A stretch of 64,000 nucleotides of DNA, taken from IMG/VR virus record IMGVR_UViG_3300025660_000003, positions 64,001 through 128,000 of that record. One strand, 5' to 3'. The DNA comes from a virus. Of the stretch, positions 12,001-20,614 are shown in pieces. Position 1 is the stretch's first letter, and every line of letters begins with the position of its first letter. Position numbers and translations under genes: made by a program. Below the pieces are notes generated by a model. The model searched no databases and had not been told where the DNA came from. It was given only the letters and a program-made list of their open reading frames with translations.

Positions 12001-12447
12001 GCGAAGGCGGTCCCCACGAACCCGAACCACCACTTCCAGCGAGGGCCGAACGAGCACATCGCCCTGGCGAACGCCATCAACGGCTCCAGCATCCGTGGCG
12101 ACTACTTCGCTGTTGCGGGTCTGACCCTCAGCGGCCAGCTCAGCGTCACGGTCTACACGCTCGCTCCGGCTCTGCCGAACAGCAACCCGGACACGGCGGT
12201 CATCGGCACCAACACCCTGAACATCGCCCTGGCCGACACCCTCCCGACCGAGAACGTGGCCCCGCCGGGCTGGACCCTTGGAGTCCCCTGGGGCGGCTCG
12301 GGGCTCCAGCAGTCATCTCTGCTGGCTGGTGGGGACCAGACCATCGACCACTTGAACGCCTACGACGCCCGCTTGGGTATCGTGGCGAACGGCGGCCAGT
12401 TGCTCCCCTTGGGGTCGAGAGTCAAGTTGATTTTCCAGCCAGCTTGA
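6016..12447 (+). CDS. Very large virion structural protein, 2143 aa
   Basis: Long ORF with strong GC3 bias; YG-rich N-terminus, Ig-like and lectin-like beta segments; located in tail module. Confidence 0.7.
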   Translation: MAFTPPTNPEDSYALSPFGFGPFPLPGESVDVAPPHPVGGGYGGVGFLSAGDLPDNGSPYGLGSYGSRWFSRPKVNISGGYGGDPYGLGGYGSTEVTPPYISSAISLDGFTIEIFFSEEVDTTNPALTDPTSYTLEPITGAAPATVLSVHIEKLGSLNLAAGDTIVGATSVVITHTGTTQGGMYKAHATGLTDIAGNPIIDADAPFLAKGEPPTFTVSLPAPDAGNELLVTFSHPMLQNAGGFPAMGSYDFAVAASNPYPIDLVPTSIVVVSPTQVRLGVKGMTSLNYDLTVSEAFAFAFDTTLGLRNCTIYEQGAGTITESAGYLVWSRPKNAGSFGREWRDTSGTITPLTSTLRGDCTFDFSNAAFDPPISMFPAPEICGIAIQDGVPGNGIAVYITLQQSITGVEQIRMQSGTFDMTVDATWSDAVHTISFVRNMQAGIVTFLLDEQPLTSTAIANVDGPADSQAAIRFGFYGGGWDISGVRLHSVILTSSTTVFSSAWNFLHGQIGQFLGSDVLTRDRLLTQRGPLVKGWGDATPATEADVAVVINGTAVSVAEVNPYIGGIVMAVPVPLLPLGDPQSSVAVDYKWFKSPVMELAGLNTLGLVLNKFDCARRGHHDPAAHGDQVQVLPGQPDFMANPGEPKGAVDIHRFPMSVVLGPMSRSEPLYIGHRYMGFERAYSALTNSPTTLLLNQAPGRVSVPGFEREVAGVSVAYEGLVKPVDAAPAWALDGADYGAVDHDADAGIDLGTYTIIDPIVGDAGPTETATVYHRGLDLTYPSSINLVARFQTAATALFDTDHVAPSPAPTGLVTVPTADGVFTGVGFGIHDNRHLYFCGVLLINGVEHVGLLLNPKRIHEWESWAIGPKSILTASSQSRGVFPSSQVPTGFKVGSKFQRLTGTQVGVYTATSVVAQSDGTTTVDFTPELPSPWDIYGNKYTEVVFETRASLKPFTYRLDLDTDQQVAELRISGETRGVVTRIDGNVPPVPVAAQTSLLLPEEIVGQVFWGSLSRQAASRATWSFMRYGLVPDQVFIQGHAVVNNTEMSDLPEDNPAAGGGQWWPLQTFGTAEILPNVDTLLLKATSASSVYDLNYGYVRVEPFFTPDAIFDYRAGIQLDSTTIGAGGAELLLDDTQRQTVIRSLMVLENLSADPTAYRGLVSLPQVSHTGLFPPSEMGWAVESGATVVGTHEGAQMVVVQNATQRGRWTNNLVFDATDPSIVDADEGRVFEARLEVKARTTNANGDSGIVFGGQVQGAGAVFAYIRVELAGAVGSEVVRLRTATGVPIGEYTFDWTGEAHTFRLLANRVADTVTLLIDDVVQTPSVAFTAFSGGTNNTEAFFGCTGRDAADVFDTALTATVEWHHVHAHVQAPAGVVRTIGVLRGVTANAYSQDINDYEIPRTDSSTAPNSWATGPVIEWWDWRQPIELRVYRDPGWGVTVFRPDLPLPPYYVPEDGTAGVGFITESNEPSAGWINVEYKNLPPTMGEQLGFVGFGSLIPDDISQARWDWVRYRMFKHPTEDRIAPEHMVLNQFNVITSGERTQDVTLESVIVQTMDKTRLSLLPTHLYAESIYKIIDGVTIWTRDFWTFDPASQLVTLQPDPLTGAAREFSAEHANVTVMFTPGLPVTNTYLGLQPLLDGVTLLNEGTPPIPMSQTAESEIETVYGSHLNDPEDVLNDDPDFVLNDPHRTIRHNDVDGSLYEALEFIEVNNGGQTDLLAAICERGPGTGFSGHSPTEGEDIYSKTGGGADLGGVGDVADLFATGDKVGMAVGAEVFDFSGTMFWHDTAFLPQPDWQQKGGMPGGMLFASGGNFVNPVVDANGDIIPGAVVAGGGTLGPGSAVLFPTFPARGPVGGDQGRIYQRTDWYMSLRSVLATGSGGSAGSAGSAGSAGSAGGGGAVETPLDEDWTASGWDTDAPSGPDTQVVNPTGVTNPLGAAIGYMLGAGDYSRYGPWGGLGALSAARDSGSFVFVVSLEENDRVMLWNRTTLSPHPFVAKAVPTNPNHHFQRGPNEHIALANAINGSSIRGDYFAVAGLTLSGQLSVTVYTLAPALPNSNPDTAVIGTNTLNIALADTLPTENVAPPGWTLGVPWGGSGLQQSSLLAGGDQTIDHLNAYDARLGIVANGGQLLPLGSRVKLIFQPA
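11644..11709 (+). repeat. Imperfect 9-bp tandem repeat encoding a (GSA)n linker
   Basis: ggttcggca/ggctccgca units translate as GSGGSAGSAGSAGSAGSAGGGG. Confidence 0.85.
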
Positions 12448-12449
12448 CC

Positions 12450-12464
12450 CGGTATCCAGCCTAT
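12450..12464 (+). promoter_or_regulatory. Putative late promoter CGGT-N5-GCCTAT
   Basis: cggt atcca gcctat in an intergenic gap; identical spacing at 20569 and 38831. Confidence 0.55.
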
Positions 12465-12508
12465 GAGACGCGGAAGATGAGCAACCGGCCTTGCCCCGGG
12501 AGGAGCTG

Positions 12509-13141
12509 ATGCCCCAGTACAGCGAGCAGATGAAGCGACAGCGGCAGCAGGTCAAGATGGGCCTGGCGTTGCAGTTCGCTGATGCTCCCCTTCGAGCAAA
12601 GAAGGGCACCTTCATCTTCGACATGAAGGACGCGGAGACGGGCGAGCAGCTCGCCTACTTCGAGAAGGACAACATCATCACCCTGGACGCAGGGATCGCC
12701 GGGGCTGCCCACTTCAAGGGCGACATGACCGGCGGGCTGAAGATGCTGGCCATCGGGACGGGTGCGACGGGCAACCTGCTCTCGCCGGATGCCCCGCAGA
12801 ACACCCAGCGCAAGCTCAACAACGAGATTCAGCGCAAGGCGTTTTCGTCAACGACGTACCGCACGGCCGAGGGTGTGGCGGTCAGCTACCGCACGCACAT
12901 CGTTGACTTCACCACGACCTACGGCGAGGCCGAGGCGGTGGGTGCCCTCAACGAGATGGGGCTGCTGGTCCCGGCATCGATCAACCCGGCGACGCTGAAC
13001 CCCATCAACAACGGGCCGTCCAACTACGACGCGAGCATCGACGTGGCCGGACTGGACTTGATGGTCAACTACCTGACCTTCAGCGTCATCTCCAAGCCTG
13101 CCACGGCGGTCCTCGCGATCACCTGGCGCTTGACCTTCTAA
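12509..13141 (+). CDS. Baseplate / tail-fibre attachment-like protein, 210 aa
   Basis: GGAGG RBS before ATG 12509; NIIT..G...LAIGTG...L.NEI.RK...GALNEMGL...FSVISK...ITWRLTF pattern typical of tail-collar/baseplate proteins. Confidence 0.6.
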   Translation: MPQYSEQMKRQRQQVKMGLALQFADAPLRAKKGTFIFDMKDAETGEQLAYFEKDNIITLDAGIAGAAHFKGDMTGGLKMLAIGTGATGNLLSPDAPQNTQRKLNNEIQRKAFSSTTYRTAEGVAVSYRTHIVDFTTTYGEAEAVGALNEMGLLVPASINPATLNPINNGPSNYDASIDVAGLDLMVNYLTFSVISKPATAVLAITWRLTF

Positions 13142-13151
13142 GGGGCTGACG

Positions 13152-16100
13152 ATGGCGGTCAAGGACCACACACAGCACTTCGCGGCTGTCCAGGCGTCTC
13201 CCACGCCTCCTGACAACCAGGTGCCGAACACCGTGTCCCGCTCGCCTGGAACTGGTGAGCGTGCGTTCATCGGTGTCGTCGCTGAGTCCGGCAAGCCGGT
13301 CCTCGACGCTGAGCTGAACCTGCACCAGAGCGCACAGTGGATGGAGGACTTCCTCCTCCGTCGCTGGCAGACGCCTTCGGGCTGGCTCCGGGGCCGCACA
13401 CACCTCGACGCCTACTGCGACTGGAGCCTGGAGACGGCCCCTGCTGGCGTCACCGACGACTCCGGCCTCGTAGACCCCGGTGGTTCCGGCGGCTCCGGCG
13501 GTTCCGGCGGCTCCGGTGGTTCCGGCGGCTCTGCTGGTGGTGGCAACCTCATCGCTGACGACGGAACGCTCCTGGACTCCGTGATTCTTCCGAGGCTCGA
13601 AGCCACGGTCGCCGGACATCCGGTGGTGGTCGAGTACACGAACACGAAGACGCCGGGCTACAACCTCATCGGCCTGACGCCCGCGAAGATCTACGACGGC
13701 ACGAACGCGACGGTGAAGCGCACCGACATGATCTTCCTGGAGGTCTGGCGGGCGCTGGTGGCCCCCTCGCCCTTCGCCACAGGTGCGATCCAGGTCAATG
13801 ACAACGGGTCGGTGGCCCCAGGCGACTGGTTCCGCATCAATGGCATCTCCCTAACGGCGACGGCGGGTGTGCCTGCTCTCAACCAGTTCACCATCGGGGC
13901 CACGGCCGACATCACAGCCGCGAACATCGCCGCCGCGCTCAACCTGGCCGCCAACTCGTTCGACACCATCCTCACGGCCAGAGCGACGACCAACGTGGTC
14001 CTCCTGACTGCTGACCTGCCTGGTGCTGGCGATGTCATCAGCCAGACGGGCAACTTCATCACCTTGCTGGTCCTGGTGGCTACCCCGGGCTCGATGGTCA
14101 TTTCGGGAGCCACGCTGGTCGGTGGTGCTGACCGTCCGAACAAGCCGGAGAGCGAGCAGGACAAGATTTTCCGGCACGGCAACGTGCTGTCCCCGAGTCC
14201 CGTGTGGCTCGATGACGAGCTGGTCGATCCCATCATCGCGGTCGAGAGCAGCCAGCGCATCCAGCTCCACTACCGCATCCGCACGACGAGCGATGCGGAG
14301 GCCCTCAACTACAAGAAGCACCCGGACGGCTTCTCGAACCTCATCGCAGGTGGTGGCCCGAACGACGCGGCCATCTTCGCGCAGGGCAACCGCAGCGTCC
14401 CGGTGTGGGCTGGCAACGGCGTGGACACCGTGTCCTACCCCTTCGTCCCCGCCGACAAGACGAAGACCTGGCTCCAGTCGTCCGCCGTGGCCTACGGCTG
14501 GGAAGACGACGGCCTGTACGTCGCGGGCGACGGGTCGGCTACCGCAGCAGCGAACCTCGGAGCCCTCGACGGCTTCGTGTTCGCCATCCCCATCGCCTTC
14601 GTCCACCGGCACAACAACGTCAGCGACATGCTGGCGGGCTTCAAGGGCTTCGACCCGGAGAGCAACGCCAACGGTGCCCCGAAGTACGGTCACACCGGCT
14701 ACGTCGGCCCGCTGGGCAACATCCCGGCAGGTGACTCCGACCGCCCGGACGGCGAGTTCTGCAACGTCATCACGACCAACAACCTGCTGGACCTCCGCAG
14801 GCACGTCATCTTCCCCGGTGTGGATCTCGCGTCGGAGCTGAAGTATCAGGTCCAGAGCCTCATGGACGGCACCTTGCGGAGCTGGTCGGTGGACACCGCC
14901 AGCAAGCAGACCCTCGGTGGTGACTCCGGGGATGTCTCGACCCGCTACCTCATCTGCAACGAGGTCGGCCGCACGGAGTCCGAAGGTGCGACGCCCCCTC
15001 TGGCGGGCGAGAACACGGAGCGGGGCGAGCTGATCCGCAGCTACGACCACATCTGCCGAAGGTTCGCTGACCAGCCGGTCATCGAGCGGGTGCTCATCGC
15101 CTTCTGGCCGGGCGACCGCAATGGGGTCCCCGTGCTGCCCGGTACGGACAATCCCGGCAAGTACATCGTCAAGGACCCAGCAGACGCGGCCACCTGGTAC
15201 GAGGGCGACGTGCTCAACCTCGATCTGGAGTTCCTGAACTCCACGACGCTCGGTGGTCTGTTCGACTCGCGGCCGGGTGCCGGGCTCAACGTGGGCTCCG
15301 GCACGGGCATCCCGGATCAGAACTTCCTCCAGTTCGCTCCGGCGGGCACGGTCATCACCGATGTCCTGAACGCCTGGCACGACGACGGCCACTACAACCA
15401 GGTGACCAACCAGAACGTGCAGCTCGGCATCGTCAAGGGCCTGGGCACGACGCACCTCGAAGTCACCCTGGATGCCAACGACACGCTGACGACAGAGGGG
15501 CAGCCCATCGGTGTCGAGCACAAGATGGTCGGTTCCGGGGCGCTGGCCGGAGCTGAGACTTTCGGCTCTCCGAGGCGCATCTTCTTGGAGGTCGAGATCA
15601 CCTACCCCATCGGGGTGGGTACGACCGACACGCCCGACCACGAGATCACCCCGGACACCGATGTCTACACGGACAGCGTCCTGACGGTCACTGGCCCCGG
15701 TCCGCTCATCGAGAACGACGTGCTCCAGCGGCCTGCTGACTTCGAGAACCTCCTGGCAGCTCGCTACCGCAGCGGCTTCCGCGAGGTGCAGACGGAGTAC
15801 GTGGCGAACGACACCATCAACATCGCGGCTCCCCTGGCAGGTACGGCCATCGGGGTCGCGACGGTCGAGCAGATCGTCTCGACCGACCGGAACACCCTCC
15901 GGTTCCCCCGCCGGGTCTACGGCGACAAGGTGGCAACGGGCCTGTACGTCAACGACGTGCCTGGTGGGGTCGTTCAGACGGTGAACCCGACCACCTCAGA
16001 GTTCGGCTCTTCCAGCCGCATCGTGGAGCTGGCCGGGGGCGGGGGCATTCCCCTCTCTGGGGTGGGCCACACGCTCTGCGACATCCGGTACTTCGCTCAG

Positions 16101-16877
16101 GACCCGATCCCGAACTACGGGGTCAACGGTGGCGGCTACCAGGTGGCCTACTACTTCCGATCGAACTCGCCCCAGACGGCGGGGACGAAGGAGGGCGACA
16201 TCACCTCGACGGGCGACGGCACCTTGCCGACGAGCCTGCTGGTGGAAGCTCTGCTCGTCAGCCCGAGCATCTGGACCGGCCAGGTCGGGATGGGTGGTCA
16301 CGAACTGGCCTTCCCTTACGAATCCCCCCTGGACCAGATCCCCATCAACGACGGGACGCTGGTTCCGGCGGGCTCGCAGCAGATCAGCGGGACGACGGAG
16401 GAGTGGTACTTCGCAGCGACCGCAGAGGTGGCACTCGACCACTTCGATGCGGACACCGGGCTGCTCAACCTGCACGCCTTCGTCCAGATGGATGTCCAGG
16501 ACGACTTGAGCTTCGGCGGGTCGGACAACGAGCACAAGCCTCGGAAGGACGCGGAGTTCCGGGCCTACTACCCGTTCGCGGACGACGAATCCTACCGGCC
16601 GACGCTCTTCGCGCAGCCGCTCTTCGGGGCGACGCGGCACAAGTCGTTCACCCCGTTCCTGGCGAGGGCCGTGGAAGACGTGCCCGGAGTCGCTGGTGGT
16701 CTGCTGTTCCGCAAGTCGGAGCTGCTGCTCATCGTGCTCTCCCGGTTCGCGGAGCTGGACGATGACAACAACGTGCGGTTCATCGACCCGCAGAGCAGCA
16801 ACAGGACGCTGGCGGCGGTCTACCGCACCCGCAACCTTCTTCTGACCGTGGGAGATCGCACATGCCTCGGATCGTAA
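13152..16877 (+). CDS. Virion structural protein with DUF4815-like N-terminus, 1241 aa
   Basis: GKPVLDAELN motif; paralogous to the N-terminal part of 27055..32739. Confidence 0.65.
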   Translation: MAVKDHTQHFAAVQASPTPPDNQVPNTVSRSPGTGERAFIGVVAESGKPVLDAELNLHQSAQWMEDFLLRRWQTPSGWLRGRTHLDAYCDWSLETAPAGVTDDSGLVDPGGSGGSGGSGGSGGSGGSAGGGNLIADDGTLLDSVILPRLEATVAGHPVVVEYTNTKTPGYNLIGLTPAKIYDGTNATVKRTDMIFLEVWRALVAPSPFATGAIQVNDNGSVAPGDWFRINGISLTATAGVPALNQFTIGATADITAANIAAALNLAANSFDTILTARATTNVVLLTADLPGAGDVISQTGNFITLLVLVATPGSMVISGATLVGGADRPNKPESEQDKIFRHGNVLSPSPVWLDDELVDPIIAVESSQRIQLHYRIRTTSDAEALNYKKHPDGFSNLIAGGGPNDAAIFAQGNRSVPVWAGNGVDTVSYPFVPADKTKTWLQSSAVAYGWEDDGLYVAGDGSATAAANLGALDGFVFAIPIAFVHRHNNVSDMLAGFKGFDPESNANGAPKYGHTGYVGPLGNIPAGDSDRPDGEFCNVITTNNLLDLRRHVIFPGVDLASELKYQVQSLMDGTLRSWSVDTASKQTLGGDSGDVSTRYLICNEVGRTESEGATPPLAGENTERGELIRSYDHICRRFADQPVIERVLIAFWPGDRNGVPVLPGTDNPGKYIVKDPADAATWYEGDVLNLDLEFLNSTTLGGLFDSRPGAGLNVGSGTGIPDQNFLQFAPAGTVITDVLNAWHDDGHYNQVTNQNVQLGIVKGLGTTHLEVTLDANDTLTTEGQPIGVEHKMVGSGALAGAETFGSPRRIFLEVEITYPIGVGTTDTPDHEITPDTDVYTDSVLTVTGPGPLIENDVLQRPADFENLLAARYRSGFREVQTEYVANDTINIAAPLAGTAIGVATVEQIVSTDRNTLRFPRRVYGDKVATGLYVNDVPGGVVQTVNPTTSEFGSSSRIVELAGGGGIPLSGVGHTLCDIRYFAQDPIPNYGVNGGGYQVAYYFRSNSPQTAGTKEGDITSTGDGTLPTSLLVEALLVSPSIWTGQVGMGGHELAFPYESPLDQIPINDGTLVPAGSQQISGTTEEWYFAATAEVALDHFDADTGLLNLHAFVQMDVQDDLSFGGSDNEHKPRKDAEFRAYYPFADDESYRPTLFAQPLFGATRHKSFTPFLARAVEDVPGVAGGLLFRKSELLLIVLSRFAELDDDNNVRFIDPQSSNRTLAAVYRTRNLLLTVGDRTCLGS
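13479..13544 (+). repeat. 9-bp tandem repeat encoding a (GGS)n linker
   Basis: ggtggttcc/ggcggctcc units translate as GGSGGSGGSGGSGGSGGSAGGG. Confidence 0.85.
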
Positions 16878-19800
16878 ATCCCGGCACCCTGACGACAGGG
16901 CACGGCAAGGCGGCTCCTGACGAGATCGCCAAGCGCCCAGAGCTGACCGGGGTGGCTGGCCCTGTGCCGAACATCGGGGAGATCGAACAGACGATCCCCT
17001 CGCTGCCTGGCCAGCTCGCCGTCCAGTCGGTCATCGCCCACATCGACGACCCCAAGGAGGCCCACACCGCCTCTGCCATCGAGCACGACGGTCACCCGGA
17101 CATCCTGTGGTCCAGCAACGTCGAGGGAGCCCTGGACGAGCTGATCGGCACGGTGCTGAAGCGTCCGCCCATGCTCGGCGAGTGGTCGCCGGACACGACC
17201 TTCTCGGGCATCGCGGACTGGGGCTTCCTCAAGCTCCGTGATGGTGGTCTGGAGAACTACACGGGCTCTGGCCTCACGTTCACCGACGCCACGGTGCAGA
17301 ACGACGCGAACGTCTACCCCTACTTGCAGACCTTGACGGGACCGCCACGGGACACTGAGTTCGCCGTCCCGATGACCGACCCCCGGACCGACCACCTGTT
17401 CAACTGGGGCATGGAGTCGCTCGGTGAGCCCGGCATGGGCTACGGCCGGACTCACATCGGGGCCTACACCCGGACCGGCCACATCGCCGTCCCGAATGCG
17501 GCCATCTTCCGCACTGCACGGCTCATTGCCCGTCCGGCAGCGGAGGCTGCGGGCACGGGACGCAACGAGCGTGTTCCGGTGACCATCTCCGGCACCATCT
17601 TCCCGGCAGACCGGGGGGTGCTGGCCCTCATCCACTTCGTCGTGCCTCGCGGCGAAGACCCATCGGACGTGCCGATCTCGTTCCTGGCACAGCCGCTCGT
17701 CACCGATGAGACCAATTTCATGGCCACTCAGGGACGGGTGGTCGCGGCCATCCTCCTGGGCAACGGCATCATCGGCGACAAGTGCCAGGGGGTAGACCCC
17801 TGTGACGATGCCCACCTCTGCGACGGCGACCCCGGCGGCATCTTCGGCCCCGGTGTGGATGCGAGTGGCAACTACGACCCCTTCCAGTTCCCCGGCAGGG
17901 CGAGCGGCCAGTACGACCTGCTGGAGCTGCACCTGGGCGTCAACTCCGATGGCGACGCCCTCAAGACTCCGTGGGACGACCTCGACGGTGACACGGTGGC
18001 AGGAGCGCAGCGGACGCCCACGGCGGTCATCCCGGCTCCCGGCCAGGTCCGCCTCGGCACCGACCCCGACGCAGCTCCCCTGCTCGCGGTGGTCCCGAAC
18101 GGCATCCCCATCCTCGGTGGCACGGTGGACTGTTTCACGGTCCCGCCCATCGCACAGGTGGGCAGCCTGACCCTCCCGATCCACGGGGATGCCATCGTCC
18201 GATCCTCGAACTTCTTCCGCTACCGCCTGCCGGTACTGAAGGACTACTCGCCTGCGACCGGGTTGAAGTGGACTCCCAGAGGCGAACTTCCGACATCCAC
18301 CTTCGAGACGAGCAGGTTCTTCGACGTGGCGGCCCCCTCGTCAGCCACCTACGAGGACGGCACGGTTGTAGGCGCGAGCCTGCGGTCGGCAGGGGTCTAC
18401 GACGACTTCGACGAGGACTACTGGGTCTGGCAGATCGCCCGCTACCGGCAGACGTTCCTGATGCCATCCCTCGCGCTCAAAGACACACGCGAAGAGGCGG
18501 GCACCTACATGCTCGTCCACTTCAAGCGGGAGACCGACTTCGAGTCCTTCGTGCGTGACGCCAGCTTCCCGTGGGACACACCGGCCCCCTACGAGGTCTA
18601 CGGAGCGTCCATCGTGGATCGCCCAGAGTCGGTGGACAACCTGGCGAACGACTGGCCCGCAGCGACGGTCCCGGTGGCCCCGGACGGTCCGGCTCCGGCC
18701 TACGGCTACGCCGCGAACCCGTGGCACAACATCCGCAACCGCATCTACCTGGACCCCCTGGGCGCGGCCGTCCCAGCCCCAACCTCATCGGCCCTCACGT
18801 GGACATCCGCATCAGCTCCGGGTGGGGCGACGGAAGAGGTCATCTGGGTGTCGGGCATCGCCTACTTCACCCCCCGTGACATCGCGACCGGGGCGTCCAG
18901 CGTCACGCTCACCGCCTGCGACATCGACCTGCCAGCGGGCTTCTGGACTTCGTACCGCACGGACTACGCCGACCTGGAGACATGGCCGACCACCGGCCCG
19001 GCTGTCGTGGCTTCGCAGAACCCGGCGATGGTGGCACTCGCTCAGTGGGGCTACGGCCCCGCTCCCGGTGGCCTGCCGCTGAGTTCCCTGACCGTCCCGG
19101 TGGGCGTTTCCCCCGGCGGCTTCATCCCGGCGACGACGTACCAGGAGCAGTTCCGAATCGAAATCCCGTTCACGCACTTGGGCACCGCTGGCGCTGGCCC
19201 GTTCAGCGACATCAATGCACCGCTGGAGATCGACCCGGCATTCTTCACCCTCACCGGAACCATCGTCCTGCTGGGCGATGACACGGACCCGTCCTTCTCC
19301 AGCAACGCGGTCGCGCGGGTTCACTTCCGCCGCCCGCTCAACCACACAGCCGTCGCCTCTGTGAACCTGCCGTACACGGCGGTAGACGGTCACGGGCAGC
19401 TCTTGACCCACACGACCCCCGGCCCGGTGCTGCTGCACACGACCCGGTGGTCCGCTGCGACCCTGGTGGGCGACTACGGCAACTTCCTGGTAGGCGGCCT
19501 AGGTGCGGTGGGGTTCAACACGGCCGCCAAGGACTACACAGAGAGGTTCCTGGACGAGGGCCACCGCTACGTCGCCCTTGCTCCAGGGGGCCTCATCGGT
19601 CACGGCCCCTACACCGCAGCCACCCTCGTAGCTCTCGACGGCCCCGGCATGGGCGGCTGGGCCGGTGGCCCGGTGGAGACCCCGGTGCGGATCTCGCTGG
19701 CAGCAGCAGTAGATCAGTGGGATGCCTCATCGTGGCTGCTGCAAGGACACAACCTCCTCGACCTGTCCGGTCCGACCCCGAGCCACGACGCTCTCCAGGT

Positions 19801-20566
19801 GGCCGGGCTGCCTGACCGGAACCCGCAGATCAAGGACGTGAACACCGTCCCGTTCCCCTCGGCAGGGGTGCTCATCTACCCCCGGACCGACTACTTCGGG
19901 GACGGCTACTTCCCGGACAACACCTTCATCACGGCCAACCAGTTCGACTACAGCGCGGCGGCAGGGCAGCGCAGCTACATCCGCTGCTTCGATGCGGCCT
20001 TCTCCAACCACGCGACCCCTGTGGCCGTGGCAGGGAAGTCGGATCTGGTCATCCGCCTCGATGGCATCACCCTTGCCGACATCACCTACGCGGCTCCTGG
20101 CCCCGGTGGTCTGGCCGTCAACCGCCCCGCCGTGGCCATCAAGGTGCCCGGCCTGACGACGTGGATGGACGCAGGGCGACAGGATGGTGCTGGCCCGAGC
20201 AAACAGGACAACCTGCTGGACGGTGCTGGTTGCCTGGTGTTCGGGAGCGAGACCTACACGTTCACCGACCCGGTGACGGGCTACAAGGGCTGCTACCTCA
20301 AGATCAACGTCGGCCCGGTGGCAGGCTTGTTCATCAACCCGGCCCTGTGGTCGAGCTACACCGTGGGTTCGCCTCTGGGCGAGGCTCCGGTGCTCGTCAA
20401 GGTGTCGATGGATGCCGGGGCGCTGTCCTACAACTTGGAGCACCGGGCCACTGGCGTCGGTACCTTCGAGGCCGGTGTGCGGCCCGGCGGCGAATCCGAC
20501 CAGGTACGAGGTCTGTTCACCATGCGGCTGGTCCACCCCACCGACACCCTGATCGCGTCCGACTGA
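16862..20566 (+). CDS. Virion structural protein, 1234 aa
   Basis: Long ORF; HIDDPKEAHTASAI...SNVEGALDEL motif typical of fibre/baseplate trimers. Confidence 0.65.
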   Translation: MPRIVNPGTLTTGHGKAAPDEIAKRPELTGVAGPVPNIGEIEQTIPSLPGQLAVQSVIAHIDDPKEAHTASAIEHDGHPDILWSSNVEGALDELIGTVLKRPPMLGEWSPDTTFSGIADWGFLKLRDGGLENYTGSGLTFTDATVQNDANVYPYLQTLTGPPRDTEFAVPMTDPRTDHLFNWGMESLGEPGMGYGRTHIGAYTRTGHIAVPNAAIFRTARLIARPAAEAAGTGRNERVPVTISGTIFPADRGVLALIHFVVPRGEDPSDVPISFLAQPLVTDETNFMATQGRVVAAILLGNGIIGDKCQGVDPCDDAHLCDGDPGGIFGPGVDASGNYDPFQFPGRASGQYDLLELHLGVNSDGDALKTPWDDLDGDTVAGAQRTPTAVIPAPGQVRLGTDPDAAPLLAVVPNGIPILGGTVDCFTVPPIAQVGSLTLPIHGDAIVRSSNFFRYRLPVLKDYSPATGLKWTPRGELPTSTFETSRFFDVAAPSSATYEDGTVVGASLRSAGVYDDFDEDYWVWQIARYRQTFLMPSLALKDTREEAGTYMLVHFKRETDFESFVRDASFPWDTPAPYEVYGASIVDRPESVDNLANDWPAATVPVAPDGPAPAYGYAANPWHNIRNRIYLDPLGAAVPAPTSSALTWTSASAPGGATEEVIWVSGIAYFTPRDIATGASSVTLTACDIDLPAGFWTSYRTDYADLETWPTTGPAVVASQNPAMVALAQWGYGPAPGGLPLSSLTVPVGVSPGGFIPATTYQEQFRIEIPFTHLGTAGAGPFSDINAPLEIDPAFFTLTGTIVLLGDDTDPSFSSNAVARVHFRRPLNHTAVASVNLPYTAVDGHGQLLTHTTPGPVLLHTTRWSAATLVGDYGNFLVGGLGAVGFNTAAKDYTERFLDEGHRYVALAPGGLIGHGPYTAATLVALDGPGMGGWAGGPVETPVRISLAAAVDQWDASSWLLQGHNLLDLSGPTPSHDALQVAGLPDRNPQIKDVNTVPFPSAGVLIYPRTDYFGDGYFPDNTFITANQFDYSAAAGQRSYIRCFDAAFSNHATPVAVAGKSDLVIRLDGITLADITYAAPGPGGLAVNRPAVAIKVPGLTTWMDAGRQDGAGPSKQDNLLDGAGCLVFGSETYTFTDPVTGYKGCYLKINVGPVAGLFINPALWSSYTVGSPLGEAPVLVKVSMDAGALSYNLEHRATGVGTFEAGVRPGGESDQVRGLFTMRLVHPTDTLIASD

Positions 20567-20568
20567 TG

Positions 20569-20583
20569 CGGTGGGGAGCCTAT
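20569..20583 (+). promoter_or_regulatory. Putative late promoter CGGT-N5-GCCTAT
   Basis: cggt gggga gcctat in an intergenic gap. Confidence 0.55.
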
Positions 20584-20614
20584 AGCCACGCAGAGGCAGA
20601 CGGAGTGAAGTCTG

